Shown: positions 19,503-29,418 of the stretch, piece by piece
How positions within the stretch are numbered: position 1 is the first letter of the stretch
How the letters are laid out: the number at the start of each line of letters is the position of its first letter
Assembly: GCA_903856085.1 (NCBI GenBank)
Contig: CAIOAT010000013.1
Location: 167,430-231,429 of the forward strand
Source: Candidatus Omnitrophota bacterium
Lineage (GTDB): Bacteria; Omnitrophota; Omnitrophia; Omnitrophales; Aquincolibacteriaceae
DNA: 64,000 nt
Direction: 5' to 3'
Program-made: the position numbers and the translations under genes
The notes under the pieces: generated by a model
The model's database searches: none
Seen by the model: the letters and a program-made list of their open reading frames with translations, nothing else
Told to the model about the DNA's origin: nothing

Positions 19503-20666
19503 CTACTTAAAAAGAGAGGCGATGCGTTCAACAGCGGTTTCGATATCTTTTTCGGAGGTGGCATAGCTCATGCGGATGTGATGAGGACTGCCGAAGGGCT
19601 CGCACGGGATAACCGCGACATGGACCTCGTCGAGAAGTTTTTTCGCGACCTCCAAACCGCTCAGGCCCGTTCCTTGAATATCGACAAAAAGATAAAAAGC
19701 TCCGTTGGATTTGAATGGTTTGAAAGACTTCACAACCTTTAGCTTTTCGATGAAAAGATCCCGCCTTTTTTGGAATACCTCGCACATTTTCCGGGCTTCT
19801 TCGTCCCCTTGATCGAGCGCGACGACCCCGCCGGGCTGCGTAAAAGAAACCGGATTCGATGTCGAGTGGCTTTGGATGCTCTCCACGGCCTTGGCCAATG
19901 TCTTTTCCGGGAACGCGGCATATCCCAAGCGCCAGCCGGTCATCGCATAGGCCTTGCTATGTCCATTCACGATCACCGTTCGTCTGGCGATCTCAGGATC
20001 CAGGGATGCGATCGAAGTGTGTTTCCGGCCGTCAAAAGTGAGCTTTTCATAGATCTCATCACTCAGTACGATCACCTTGGGATGTTTTTTGAGCACGGCG
20101 CAAAGCGCCAGGAGCTCTTCTTTGGAATAAACAGCCCCCGTAGGATTTGACGGCGAATTGAGAATGAGGATCTTGGACCGCGAAGTGAGCGCCTTTTCCA
20201 GAATATCGGGGGTGATCTTGAAATCCGTTTTTTCCGTCGACGGCAGAAAAACATTCGTACCCCCAAGCACGGTCACCATTTCCGGGTAACTCAGCCAGTA
20301 AGGCACAGGAATGAGCACTTCATCACCGGGATTCAGCAGCGCGAAAAGCACATTGAAGATCACATGTTTGGCGCCGCAGCCGACCACAACCTGCTCGGGA
20401 GTGAAATCAAGACCTTGATCCCTTTTAAGCTTCCGGCAAATGGCCTGACGGAGTTCGACGGTCCCCGGCACGGGAGTGTATTTTGTTTGGCCTTTACGAA
20501 GGGCTTCGATGCAGGCTTCTTTGATAAAGGAAGGAGTATCAAAATCCGGCTCGCCCGCGCTCAAAGAGATCACATCGATCCCCTGAGCCTTCATGGCTTT
20601 CGCCTTGGCGGCAATCTCGAGCGTAACCGAGGGTCTTACCGCGAGAACTCTGCTGGAAAGTTCCAT
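19503..20666 (-). CDS. aspC: PLP-dependent class I aminotransferase (aspartate aminotransferase type)
   Basis: GEPDF, NSPSNPTG, SDEIY, SKAYAMTGWRLGY. Confidence 0.9.
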   Translation of the reverse strand: MELSSRVLAVRPSVTLEIAAKAKAMKAQGIDVISLSAGEPDFDTPSFIKEACIEALRKGQTKYTPVPGTVELRQAICRKLKRDQGLDFTPEQVVVGCGAKHVIFNVLFALLNPGDEVLIPVPYWLSYPEMVTVLGGTNVFLPSTEKTDFKITPDILEKALTSRSKILILNSPSNPTGAVYSKEELLALCAVLKKHPKVIVLSDEIYEKLTFDGRKHTSIASLDPEIARRTVIVNGHSKAYAMTGWRLGYAAFPEKTLAKAVESIQSHSTSNPVSFTQPGGVVALDQGDEEARKMCEVFQKRRDLFIEKLKVVKSFKPFKSNGAFYLFVDIQGTGLSGLEVAKKLLDEVHVAVIPCEPFGSPHHIRMSYATSEKDIETAVERIASLFK

Positions 20667-20682
20667 GTTGATCCCGTTAACT

Positions 20683-20708
20683 CTTGCCCCGATCTCTAAC
20701 GGGGCAAG
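20683..20708. other. GC-rich hairpin between rplQ and aspC
   Basis: CTTGCCCCG-N8-CGGGGCAAG forms a perfect 9-bp stem with no U-tract. Confidence 0.6.
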
Positions 20709-20710
20709 CC

Positions 20711-21274
20711 TTAGTTTTCGTCGCCCTTAAGGAATTTTCTGAGTTTCCCCAAGAACCCGCCCTTTTTCTCCGAATCTTTTTTCTCGTCCTGCTTCGGCGT
20801 TTCGGATTCTTTTTTCGCGGCCGTAGCCTTGGGCGATTCCTTGACCGACGTTTTTTCATCCGTTTTTTCGTCCGGCTTTGCTGCTTTCTTTTTCTTGGCT
20901 TTTTTGGCGGGCGCTTCAAATACTGCGGTCCATTCTAAGAGAGCCATTTGAGCTCCATCCCCTGCCCGATATCCCAGCCGAAGCACGCGGGTATAGCCCC
21001 CCTCGCGACCCTTAAAAAGCGGGGCGATCTGGGTGATCAGAATACGCGCGATCTCCGGATCCCGGACCTTGGAGATCAAAAGCCGACGGGCGTGCAACCC
21101 CTCGCGTTTCGCAATCGTGACCATCTTATCCGCGAGCGCACTGGTTTCTTTAGCTTTGGCGTGCGTCGTTTCGATGCGTTTTTTCAAGACGAGCGCCCGC
21201 ACGAGATTCCTGAGCTTCGCCGTACGGTGAGCGGTGACAACCCCTAATGTTCTTCTGCGACGTTGATGGCGCAT
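20711..21274 (-). CDS. rplQ: 50S ribosomal protein L17 with long C-terminal extension
   Basis: MRH, IETTHAKAKE, GGYTRVL, RAGDGAQMA. Confidence 0.97.
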   Translation of the reverse strand: MRHQRRRRTLGVVTAHRTAKLRNLVRALVLKKRIETTHAKAKETSALADKMVTIAKREGLHARRLLISKVRDPEIARILITQIAPLFKGREGGYTRVLRLGYRAGDGAQMALLEWTAVFEAPAKKAKKKKAAKPDEKTDEKTSVKESPKATAAKKESETPKQDEKKDSEKKGGFLGKLRKFLKGDEN

Positions 21275-21283
21275 GATAGATCC

Positions 21284-22291
21284 TTATGATTCTGTCGGGG
21301 CTGCGACGGACGCGCCCTTATTCGGCAAAGATTCTTCAATGTTCATTCCGAGATGAAGGTTCATCGCAACCAAAATCGCGTTAATCTCATTGAGGGACTT
21401 TTTCCCGAAGTTTTTGTATTTGAGCATCTGCCCTTCCGACTTTTGAATAAGATCGCCGATCGTTTTGATGTTGGCGGCCTCAAGGCAGTTGGCGCTGCGA
21501 ACAGAAAGCTCCAACTCGCTGATGGGCTTGTGAATCATATCCAAAAATTCCTTGTCTTCGACCTCTTCTTCTTCCTCTTCTTCCGGCAATTCGCCGTAAT
21601 TGACGAAGACATCGAGATGCCGCTGGAGGATGTTCGACGCATAAAGAAGCGCCTCTTCCGGGCCCATGGCACCGTTGGTCCAGACTTCCAACACGAGACG
21701 GTCATAATCGGTCGCCTGCCCAACACGGGTGTCTTCCACAGAGAAATTCACCTTGGTCACGGGCGAGAAAGCCGAATCGACAGTCACCACGCCAATGGAG
21801 GCATCTTCCTGCTTGTTCTTTTCGGCAGAAACATACCCGCGGCCACGGCCCACTTCCATCTCCATCTTGAACGAATGGGACTTGCTCAAGGTGCAGAGCA
21901 CGAGTTCCGGGTTGACGATCTCGACAGTCTCATCCGCCTGGATATCGCCGGCCTTGACCGGACCTTGTTTCTTGATGTCGATATAGATCTTCTTCGGGCC
22001 CTTGCCATGGTAACGAAGCACGAGCTTTTTGACGTTCATGACGATCTGCGCGCCGTCCTCGACCACTCCTTGAACCGCAGAGAATTCATGCAACATCCCG
22101 TCGATCTTGATGCTGGTCACTGCAGCGCCATCGATCGAGGAGATAAGCACGCGTCGTAACGCATTCCCGATCGTGGTCCCGTAACCCCGTTCGAACGGTT
22201 CGGCAATGAACTTGCCATAATTGGGCGTCAGCGACCCTTGTTCCACTTCGAGGCGCTTCGGCATTTCAAACGTTTTCCAACGAATACCCAT
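21284..22291 (-). CDS. rpoA: RNA polymerase alpha subunit
   Basis: EPFERGYGTTIGNALRR, LELSVRSANCL, NFGKKSLNEI. Confidence 0.98.
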   Translation of the reverse strand: MGIRWKTFEMPKRLEVEQGSLTPNYGKFIAEPFERGYGTTIGNALRRVLISSIDGAAVTSIKIDGMLHEFSAVQGVVEDGAQIVMNVKKLVLRYHGKGPKKIYIDIKKQGPVKAGDIQADETVEIVNPELVLCTLSKSHSFKMEMEVGRGRGYVSAEKNKQEDASIGVVTVDSAFSPVTKVNFSVEDTRVGQATDYDRLVLEVWTNGAMGPEEALLYASNILQRHLDVFVNYGELPEEEEEEEVEDKEFLDMIHKPISELELSVRSANCLEAANIKTIGDLIQKSEGQMLKYKNFGKKSLNEINAILVAMNLHLGMNIEESLPNKGASVAAPTES

Positions 22292-22349
22292 TGTGTTTCC
22301 TCCTTATGCGAACCAAGATAAAAAACTTTTTAAGAAAATAACCCGATCT

Positions 22350-22973
22350 CTACTTTGAATACAATTCCACGATAAGTGCTTCTTCCACAGGGAGCCCTGC
22401 GTCCGCTTTAGTGGGAAGTCTCGTGATTTCCCCGATCAATTTCACACGATCGAGTGCGAGCCATTCCGGAGCGTTCAAATCCTTCCACTTCTCCATGCTT
22501 GCCTGCAATCTTTTGATTTGCGGCTCTTTCTGCTTCACGCTGATTTTATCCCCCACCTTGCAAATAAAGGACGGGATATCCACCTTCTTGCTGTTGACGG
22601 TGATGTGTCCGTGTCCGACCATTTGACGCGCTTCCCGGCGGGAACCGGAAAAAAGAAGGCGAAACACCACGTTATCCAGACGCCGTTCGTGAAGCTGGAT
22701 CAACATCTCGCCTGTGACGCCTTTCATCTGGACCGCACGCGCGAAAAACACGCGGAACTGACGCTCGGTCACCCCGTAAATCCTCTTCATCTTCTGTTTT
22801 TCACGCAACTGCACGCCGTAGTCAGAAATTTTCTGGCGAGAGAGCCCGTGTTGGCCGGGGGGTTTCGACAAACGCTTATCATGTTTCTCATCCGTCGTAC
22901 GGCGACCTTTGAGACCCAGATTCACGCCTTCGCGACGGTGTAAACGAATAACTGGACCGCGATATCTTCCCAT
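22350..22973 (-). CDS. rpsD: 30S ribosomal protein S4
   Basis: PPGQHG, QLREKQK, ERRLDNVVFR, IVELYSK. Confidence 0.98.
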   Translation of the reverse strand: MGRYRGPVIRLHRREGVNLGLKGRRTTDEKHDKRLSKPPGQHGLSRQKISDYGVQLREKQKMKRIYGVTERQFRVFFARAVQMKGVTGEMLIQLHERRLDNVVFRLLFSGSRREARQMVGHGHITVNSKKVDIPSFICKVGDKISVKQKEPQIKRLQASMEKWKDLNAPEWLALDRVKLIGEITRLPTKADAGLPVEEALIVELYSK

Positions 22974-22976
22974 AAA

Positions 22977-23348
22977 TTAAACTCTCCTCTTCTTCGGCGG
23001 ACGGCAGCCATTATGCGGCACCGGCGTAATATCATGAATCGCGCTGATCACAAGCCCCGCCGCCTGAAGCGCGCGGATGGCGGATTCCCGGCCGGCGCCG
23101 GGCCCCTTGATATAAACTTCAACTTCTTTCATACCGAATTCCATGGCCTTTTTGGCAGCCTTCTCAGATGCCATCTGCGCCGCGAAAGGCGTGGATTTCT
23201 TCGACCCCTTGAATCCGGCAGAACCGGAGGACTCCCAGCATACGCAGTTGCCGCCGGCATCCGTGATCGTGATGATCGTGTTATTGAAACTTGCCGCGAT
23301 GTGCGCCACGCCACGGACGATATGTTTAATCTTTTTCTTTTTTGCCAT
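22977..23348 (-). CDS. rpsK: 30S ribosomal protein S11
   Basis: [27 protein letters not shown]. Confidence 0.98.
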   Translation of the reverse strand: MAKKKKIKHIVRGVAHIAASFNNTIITITDAGGNCVCWESSGSAGFKGSKKSTPFAAQMASEKAAKKAMEFGMKEVEVYIKGPGAGRESAIRALQAAGLVISAIHDITPVPHNGCRPPKKRRV

Positions 23349-23379
23349 AGAATTCCTTTATCTCGGTGATGAGTTCGGA

Positions 23380-23766
23380 TTATTTAGGCGCAGGCGCCCC
23401 TTTAGCGAGTCCGCCTACGGTTTTGCGTTTACCTTTACGCGTGCGCGCGTTCGTATGCGTTCTCTGCCCGCGGCACGGAAGGCCCTTCAAATGTCTTGAA
23501 CCGCGATAACAGCGGATATCCATCAGACGCTTGATGTTCATCTGGATCTCACGACGAAGATCCCCTTCCACTTTCGTGGTCCGCTGAATGATCCCCGTAA
23601 GCGCGGAGACCTCGGCTTCGGTCAGGTCCTTGGCACGTTTCGCCGGATCGACCTTGGCTTCCAATAAAATCTTCTTTGAAAGCGTTTTCCCGACCCCATA
23701 CAGATAGGTCAACGCCACATCCACTCTTTTGTCTCTCGGGATATCCACCCCAATGATACGCGGCAT
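23380..23766 (-). CDS. rpsM: 30S ribosomal protein S13
   Basis: [28 protein letters not shown]. Confidence 0.98.
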   Translation of the reverse strand: MPRIIGVDIPRDKRVDVALTYLYGVGKTLSKKILLEAKVDPAKRAKDLTEAEVSALTGIIQRTTKVEGDLRREIQMNIKRLMDIRCYRGSRHLKGLPCRGQRTHTNARTRKGKRKTVGGLAKGAPAPK

Positions 23767-23793
23767 ACTCTGGATCCTTTCTTAAAAAATCAA

Positions 23794-23907
23794 TTAACCT
23801 TGGCGCTGCTTGTGTTTCGGATTACTGCAGATCACATACACGTAGCCCTTGCGACGCACGATCTTGCAATTTTCACAAATCCTTCGGACTGAACTTCGAA
23901 CTTTCAT
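23794..23907 (-). CDS. rpmJ: 50S ribosomal protein L36 (Zn-binding type)
   Basis: Below the ORF-track cutoff. Manual translation: [37 protein letters not shown]. Confidence 0.97.
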   Translation of the reverse strand: MKVRSSVRRICENCKIVRRKGYVYVICSNPKHKQRQG

Positions 23908-23925
23908 TTTTTCACCTCAGAGAAC

Positions 23926-24144
23926 TCATTTAACTCGAAAAGTAATTCTTCCTCGCGTCAGATCATACGGAGAAAGCTCCATCTTCACTTTGTCTCCCGG
24001 AAGGATGCGGATGTAATGCATCCTCATCTTGCCGGAGATATGTGCCAGCACCTTATGCCCATTTTCAAGCTCCACGCGGAACATCGCGTTGGGCAAAGGC
24101 TCGACCACAGTCCCTTCCACTTCAATCGCATCTTCTTTCGGCAT
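23926..24144 (-). CDS. infA: translation initiation factor IF-1
   Basis: [24 protein letters not shown]. Confidence 0.98.
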   Translation of the reverse strand: MPKEDAIEVEGTVVEPLPNAMFRVELENGHKVLAHISGKMRMHYIRILPGDKVKMELSPYDLTRGRITFRVK

Positions 24145-24147
24145 CGT

Positions 24148-24903
24148 CTAGAGAACCTCGTCGCCTGTTAAATTTATAAAGCCACTTTCCATAAAAACAA
24201 TTGTATCTTCGTAATGACTGGCATTTTTACGATCTTTCGTAACCACTGTCCAACCGTCCTCGAGCGTCTCCACCGCATAATGCCCTTCCGTCACCATCGG
24301 CTCGATCGCGATCACCAACCCCGATTCGATTTTGGCTCCTCGCCCCGCTTTCCCATAGTTCGGAACTTGCGGATCCTCATGAAGCTGTCGCCCGATCCCA
24401 TGCCCCGCATAATCACGAACCAATTGAAAGCCCTGTTTTTCAACGTATCGCTGTATCGCTTCAGAAATATCCCCGATCCGCCAACCCGGTTGATATGCCG
24501 CAAGCGCCACGTCCAAGGAATCCTTCGCAGCGTTAATCAACGCGTGCTTTTTTGGATCGATCGCACCTACAGGCCAGGTCCTCGCGGCATCCGCGTAAAA
24601 CCCGTTCCACTTAACCCCGATATCAAAACTGACCACATCGCCCTCTTTCAAGCGGCGCGCATCCGGAATCCCATGCACCACGGCCTCATTGATGGAAATA
24701 CATGCCGTCTTCGGAAATCCACGGTAACCTTTAAACGCGGGTTCCCCACCATTTTCAAGGATCACTTTTTCCGCCGCACGATCTAACGCTTCCGTCGTGA
24801 TGCCCTGAACGATCATGGGCTTTACGGCCACAAACACCTTCTTCAGGATGGCCGCGGCTTCCAGGATCAGCTGAATTTCGCGTTTCGACTTCAGCTCGAT
24901 CAT
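24148..24903 (-). CDS. map: methionine aminopeptidase type I
   Basis: VVHGIP, GHGIGRQLHEDP, AIEPM, SHYEDT. Confidence 0.97.
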   Translation of the reverse strand: MIELKSKREIQLILEAAAILKKVFVAVKPMIVQGITTEALDRAAEKVILENGGEPAFKGYRGFPKTACISINEAVVHGIPDARRLKEGDVVSFDIGVKWNGFYADAARTWPVGAIDPKKHALINAAKDSLDVALAAYQPGWRIGDISEAIQRYVEKQGFQLVRDYAGHGIGRQLHEDPQVPNYGKAGRGAKIESGLVIAIEPMVTEGHYAVETLEDGWTVVTKDRKNASHYEDTIVFMESGFINLTGDEVL

Positions 24904-24909
24904 GCGAAT

Positions 24910-25560
24910 CTAGCGAATCTTTTCAAAGAGCTTTTCTAGGACTTTCTGGACCGACAAGGGATCGCCCTCTGCCGGAACGTCATGCAAAAGTCCCTTCTTA
25001 CGATAGAACTCGATCAAAGGTTTCGTGGACTCATGATAAACCTTGAGCCTGTTAAGGATCGTCGCGGGCTCATCATCCTTACGAATGACCAGTGGCTGTC
25101 CGTGACAATCACAAACGCCTTCTTTTTTCGGCGGCATGTTCCGCACGTGATAGATCTTGCCCGAAATCGCGCAAAGTCTGCGGCCCCCAAGCCTATCGAC
25201 CAAAATTTTTTCCGACGCTTCAAAATTCACAACTGCCGTAAGCGGGATCTTTTCATGAGAGAGGAACTTCTCCAGAGCCTCCGCCTGGCCAATCGTCCTC
25301 GGGTATCCATCTAAAATAAAACCTTTTGCATCCTTCAGTGCGCGTATCTCTTCGAACATCATGTCGTTGACAAGATCATCCGAAACCAGTTCCCCGCGCG
25401 CGATCACATCTTTCGCCAGCGCTCCGAGCGATGTTCCCTCTTTAATATTCCTGCGAAGAATATCTCCGGCCGCAAACTGCGTGAGTCCGTATTTCTCAAC
25501 AATCATTTTGGCGTGGGTGCCTTTTCCGGCTCCCGGAGGCCCCAAAAAGATCAGATTCAT
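24910..25560 (-). CDS. adk: adenylate kinase
   Basis: GPPGAGKGT, LDGYPRT, long LID domain, RKDD. Confidence 0.97.
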   Translation of the reverse strand: MNLIFLGPPGAGKGTHAKMIVEKYGLTQFAAGDILRRNIKEGTSLGALAKDVIARGELVSDDLVNDMMFEEIRALKDAKGFILDGYPRTIGQAEALEKFLSHEKIPLTAVVNFEASEKILVDRLGGRRLCAISGKIYHVRNMPPKKEGVCDCHGQPLVIRKDDEPATILNRLKVYHESTKPLIEFYRKKGLLHDVPAEGDPLSVQKVLEKLFEKIR

Positions 25561-26912
25561 TAACGGCGTCCTTTCAGACGTCCCCGCTTAATAAAACCGT
25601 CATAGTGCCGCATGACCAACTGAGACTCGACAGACTTCATCACATCCAACACCACGCCGACAATGATGAGGAGCCCGGTCCCGCCGAAAAAACTCGCGAT
25701 CAGGAACGGAATGTTCAGCACATGCGGCGATGAAATAATCTTTGGAAAAAGCGCGATCAATGCCAGGATCACAGCACCTGCCGTCGCGATCCTTGTCATT
25801 AGATAATCCAAATATTCCGCCGTATTTTTTCCCGGTCGAATCCCCGGCACGAACCCACCGTATTTCTGGAGATTGTCACTTACCTCGATCGGATTGAACG
25901 TGATCGCTGTGTAAAAGAACGTAAAAAACACGATTAGAAGCGCATCCAAGGCCATATAGCCACCGCTTCCGTAGCTGATCATCTGAGCAATTCTTGTAAA
26001 AGCCCCGGCATTCGGAAAAAAGCCCGCGATCGTGGCGGGAAACAAGATCACCGACTGCGCAAAAATGATCGGGATCACGCCAGCCTGGTTCACTTTGAGC
26101 GGAAGATAGGTGCTCTGCCCGCCGTAAGTCCTATGCCCACGAATCTGTTTTGCGTACTGGACCGGGATCTTCCTTTGGCCCTGAATGATCAGGATCAAAA
26201 AAACTACCGCGCCCACGAAAAGCCCGCACATGATCACAAACTTCCACCAGGCAAGCTGTTGACGTGACGGATCAAGCGGTGAAAGCAGGACCCATGTCTG
26301 ACGCAACACTTCCGGCAACCGCTCGATGATGCCTGCCGTAATAATGATCGACATACCGTTGCCAATGCCGAAATTGTCGATCTGCTCGCCAAGCCACATA
26401 ATGAAGGCCGTGCCCGTGGTCATGGTAAGCATACACATCAAACGAAAACTCCAACCGGGATCCGGCACGATCACCGATCCCCCGAAGGCCGCAGGATTTT
26501 CAAGCCAAAGAGCGATAAAAAACGTCTGCAAAATGCTCAGGACGATCGTCCCATAGCGTGTGTATTGAATAATCTTCTTGCGGCCTTCCTCGCCTTCTTT
26601 CGCGAGCTTTTCCAAAGACGGTATTACCACCGTCAAAAGCTGCAAAATGATCGATGCCGAAATATACGGCATGATCCCCAACGCAAAAATCGTCGCTTTC
26701 TGGAGCGCACCGCCGGTAAACATCCCCATAAAACCAAGGAGGGATCCGCCCGCCATATGCTGTTGGAAAAATCGCGCAAGCGCAACGCCGTCGATCCCCG
26801 GAGTCGGCACAAAGGCACCAATTCGGTATACGGCAATAATGCCAAGCGTAAAAAGGATCTTCTTACGCAGGTCCGGGATTTTTAGGATATTTCCGAACGC
26901 TTGTAGCACCAA
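25560..26912 (-). CDS. secY: preprotein translocase SecY
   Basis: FALGIMPYISASII, WLGEQI, GIGNGMS, PGIRPG, GGTGLLI. The true start may be GTG at 26909. Confidence 0.98.
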   Translation of the reverse strand: MVLQAFGNILKIPDLRKKILFTLGIIAVYRIGAFVPTPGIDGVALARFFQQHMAGGSLLGFMGMFTGGALQKATIFALGIMPYISASIILQLLTVVIPSLEKLAKEGEEGRKKIIQYTRYGTIVLSILQTFFIALWLENPAAFGGSVIVPDPGWSFRLMCMLTMTTGTAFIMWLGEQIDNFGIGNGMSIIITAGIIERLPEVLRQTWVLLSPLDPSRQQLAWWKFVIMCGLFVGAVVFLILIIQGQRKIPVQYAKQIRGHRTYGGQSTYLPLKVNQAGVIPIIFAQSVILFPATIAGFFPNAGAFTRIAQMISYGSGGYMALDALLIVFFTFFYTAITFNPIEVSDNLQKYGGFVPGIRPGKNTAEYLDYLMTRIATAGAVILALIALFPKIISSPHVLNIPFLIASFFGGTGLLIIVGVVLDVMKSVESQLVMRHYDGFIKRGRLKGRR

Positions 26913-26929
26913 AACTCCGTTCTTTTTAT

Positions 26930-27361
26930 TTATTTTCCGAGCAGAACGGCTTGACCGCCCTTAGACTCGATCTTCGTCTTCGCGGAACCGCTGAAAAGAT
27001 GGGCCTTCACAGTAACAGCTTTTTTGAGCTCTCCGGAACCGAGGATCTTCAAACCATCGTGCAGCTCCTTGATAACATTTTTGGCAAGCAATAATTCCGG
27101 AGTGATCTCGTTATCTTCGAGCCTTGCCAACGTCTGAAGATTCACAATCGCGTAAACCTTTTTGAACGCACTGCGGTTAAAACCTCGCTTCGGAAGACGC
27201 CGGTAAAGAGGATTCTGTCCGCCTTCGAAACCGGGATTCAGTGTAAACCCCGAACGCGCTCTCTGTCCCTTATGTCCTTTGGTTGAAGTCTTCCCGTGAC
27301 CGGAACCGATACCGCAACCCAAACGTTTCTTTCGCTTCTTATAAGGAGTTTTGTGCCTCAT
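26930..27361 (-). CDS. rplO: 50S ribosomal protein L15
   Basis: [36 protein letters not shown]. Confidence 0.97.
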   Translation of the reverse strand: MRHKTPYKKRKKRLGCGIGSGHGKTSTKGHKGQRARSGFTLNPGFEGGQNPLYRRLPKRGFNRSAFKKVYAIVNLQTLARLEDNEITPELLLAKNVIKELHDGLKILGSGELKKAVTVKAHLFSGSAKTKIESKGGQAVLLGK

Positions 27362-27930
27362 GACACTTTTTCTCTTTCTGAGTCATAACGAATCTTGCGG
27401 TCCACAAGCGCGGTCAACCCATCGATCGTGGCCTTCAGAACGTTGATAGAATTATCGCTCCCGAGACTCTTCGTTAAAATATCCTTGATACCGCAAGCTT
27501 CGCACGCCGCGCGCACCGAACCTCCAGCGATGATCCCCGTACCAGGGGAAGCGGGTTTCAAAAGCACTTTCGCCGCACCATAGCGCCCGATCACCTCATG
27601 AGGAATGGTCGTTCCCTTGAGCGTGATATTAATAATGTTCTTGCGGGCCGCAACCAGCGCCTTACGAATCGCGTCCGCGACCTCGTTGGCCTTGCCCTGC
27701 GCGTACCCAAGCTGAGCCGTGCCGCTACCCACCACCACCAACGCGCTGAATGAAAAACGTTTTCCGCCTTTTACGACCTTGGCACAGCGGTTCACCTGAA
27801 TAACCTTTTCATAGGTCGTCGAACCATCCGCCGACATCGACGGCGTTCTGGAGGACCGTGAGGGGGACTGAGGAGCCCTCGGACCCGCTCGATGCTGTGT
27901 TTTTGGCGCTGCTACGGCTGTTTTTTCCAT
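27358..27930 (-). CDS. rpsE: 30S ribosomal protein S5
   Basis: [20 protein letters not shown]. Confidence 0.98.
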   Translation of the reverse strand: MEKTAVAAPKTQHRAGPRAPQSPSRSSRTPSMSADGSTTYEKVIQVNRCAKVVKGGKRFSFSALVVVGSGTAQLGYAQGKANEVADAIRKALVAARKNIINITLKGTTIPHEVIGRYGAAKVLLKPASPGTGIIAGGSVRAACEACGIKDILTKSLGSDNSINVLKATIDGLTALVDRKIRYDSEREKVS

Positions 27931-27959
27931 GCTTCGTGGATTTCCTTTCGGTGACTACT

Positions 27960-28322
27960 TTAAAATTGAATGCCGTTCTTACGAATCGCTTCGGCCAGAG
28001 CCTTCACGCGGCCATGGTAAAGATAACCGCCGCGATCAAACGATATTTTCTGCACACCTTTTTTCTTAAGTTGCTCGGCAAAAATCTGCCCCAGCTGCTC
28101 CGAGACGGGAATCTTTCCTTTTTTAGAAGCAACCTTCGCAACTTCTTTATCCAAAGAAGACAGCGAAGCAAGCGTTTTTTGAGAAACGTCATCAATCGCT
28201 TGGACGAAAATATTTTTGAGGGAACGGTGCACGACTACCCGCGGCCTTTCGGCTGACCCGACGACCTTTTTACGAACCCGACGATGCCGTTGGATTCTTC
28301 CCCATTCTTTATCTTGGACCAT
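27960..28322 (-). CDS. rplR: 50S ribosomal protein L18
   Basis: RPR, FDRGGYLYHGRVKALA. Confidence 0.98.
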   Translation of the reverse strand: MVQDKEWGRIQRHRRVRKKVVGSAERPRVVVHRSLKNIFVQAIDDVSQKTLASLSSLDKEVAKVASKKGKIPVSEQLGQIFAEQLKKKGVQKISFDRGGYLYHGRVKALAEAIRKNGIQF

Positions 28323-28430
28323 AAATTCTAAACTCCTCTATCCTGACTGCTGTTTTCTATTCTTAAAATGTCGTCAGGATTGCCCCAATTTCACCTACGC
28401 TAAAATTGATAAGAATCGGGACTATCCGGA

Positions 28431-28967
28431 TTAGCTGACCGTTTTACCTTGTTTGCGGCGCACATGCTCCCCAAGGTAACGGATGCCCTTCCCCTTGTAC
28501 GGTTCGGGCTTCATGAAACTTCGAATCTCTGCCGCTGTTTGCCCAACACGCTGCTTGTCGGCCCCTGTAATCGTGATGGAGGTCGGTTTCGGGCATTTGA
28601 TCTCAACGTCTTTACCAAAAGGATAATTGATAGGATGTGTGAAACCGAGCAACAAGGTCAGGACGCTGTCCTTCACGGAAGCCTTCATACCAACGCCTAC
28701 AATCTCAAGTTCCTTCGCATACCCCTGCGTCACACCCAGGACCATGTTCTGGATCAGACTGCGCGTCAGACCGTGAAGCGCGCGATCCGTGCGAATATCC
28801 GTGGGACGGGTGACCTTCACTTCTTTTCCCTCGATCTTAACCGCGATGCGAGGATGAACGCTCAGGGTAAGTTCACCCTTGGGCCCTTGGACCTTCAGGG
28901 TCGTACCTTGAACAGCAACTTTTACTGTCTCAGGGATCGTAACTGGTTTTCTTCCGATACGTGACAT
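28431..28967 (-). CDS. rplF: 50S ribosomal protein L6
   Basis: MSRIG, GPKGEL, PEPYKGKGIRY. Confidence 0.98.
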   Translation of the reverse strand: MSRIGRKPVTIPETVKVAVQGTTLKVQGPKGELTLSVHPRIAVKIEGKEVKVTRPTDIRTDRALHGLTRSLIQNMVLGVTQGYAKELEIVGVGMKASVKDSVLTLLLGFTHPINYPFGKDVEIKCPKPTSITITGADKQRVGQTAAEIRSFMKPEPYKGKGIRYLGEHVRRKQGKTVS

Positions 28968-28998
28968 AATTCCTTTTTATTATCCGCTTAAGGGATCT

Positions 28999-29400
28999 TT
29001 ACCAAACCGTGCAAAGAAATTCACCGCCGGCCTTGGCTTCACGCGCCTGCCGTCCGGTTAAAACGCCCTTGGGTGTTGAAAGGATCGCCACCCCAAATCC
29101 TCCAAGCACTTTCGGGATTTCCTGATAGCCGACATAACGACGCAACCCCGGCGTGGAGATGCGCTTCAGCCCCTGGATCGCTGATTTCTTGCCCCCAGGA
29201 AGATATTTCAGATGGATGCGTACAAAATTCTTGTTCCCATCGTTGAACGGTTTCACGTTCTCGATGAATCCTTCGCTCTTCAAAAGCTCAGCGATCCGTA
29301 TCGTGAGCACAGAAGCCGGCGCGGTCAACTTTTCTTTATGCGCCTTCGAAGCATTCCGGATCGACGTTAAAAAATCTCCGATAAAATCATAGCGTGACAT
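28999..29400 (-). CDS. rpsH: 30S ribosomal protein S8
   Basis: DFLTSIRNA, STPGLRRY, STPKGV, GGE. Confidence 0.98.
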   Translation of the reverse strand: MSRYDFIGDFLTSIRNASKAHKEKLTAPASVLTIRIAELLKSEGFIENVKPFNDGNKNFVRIHLKYLPGGKKSAIQGLKRISTPGLRRYVGYQEIPKVLGGFGVAILSTPKGVLTGRQAREAKAGGEFLCTVW

Positions 29401-29418
29401 GAAAACCTTTCCTCCTGA

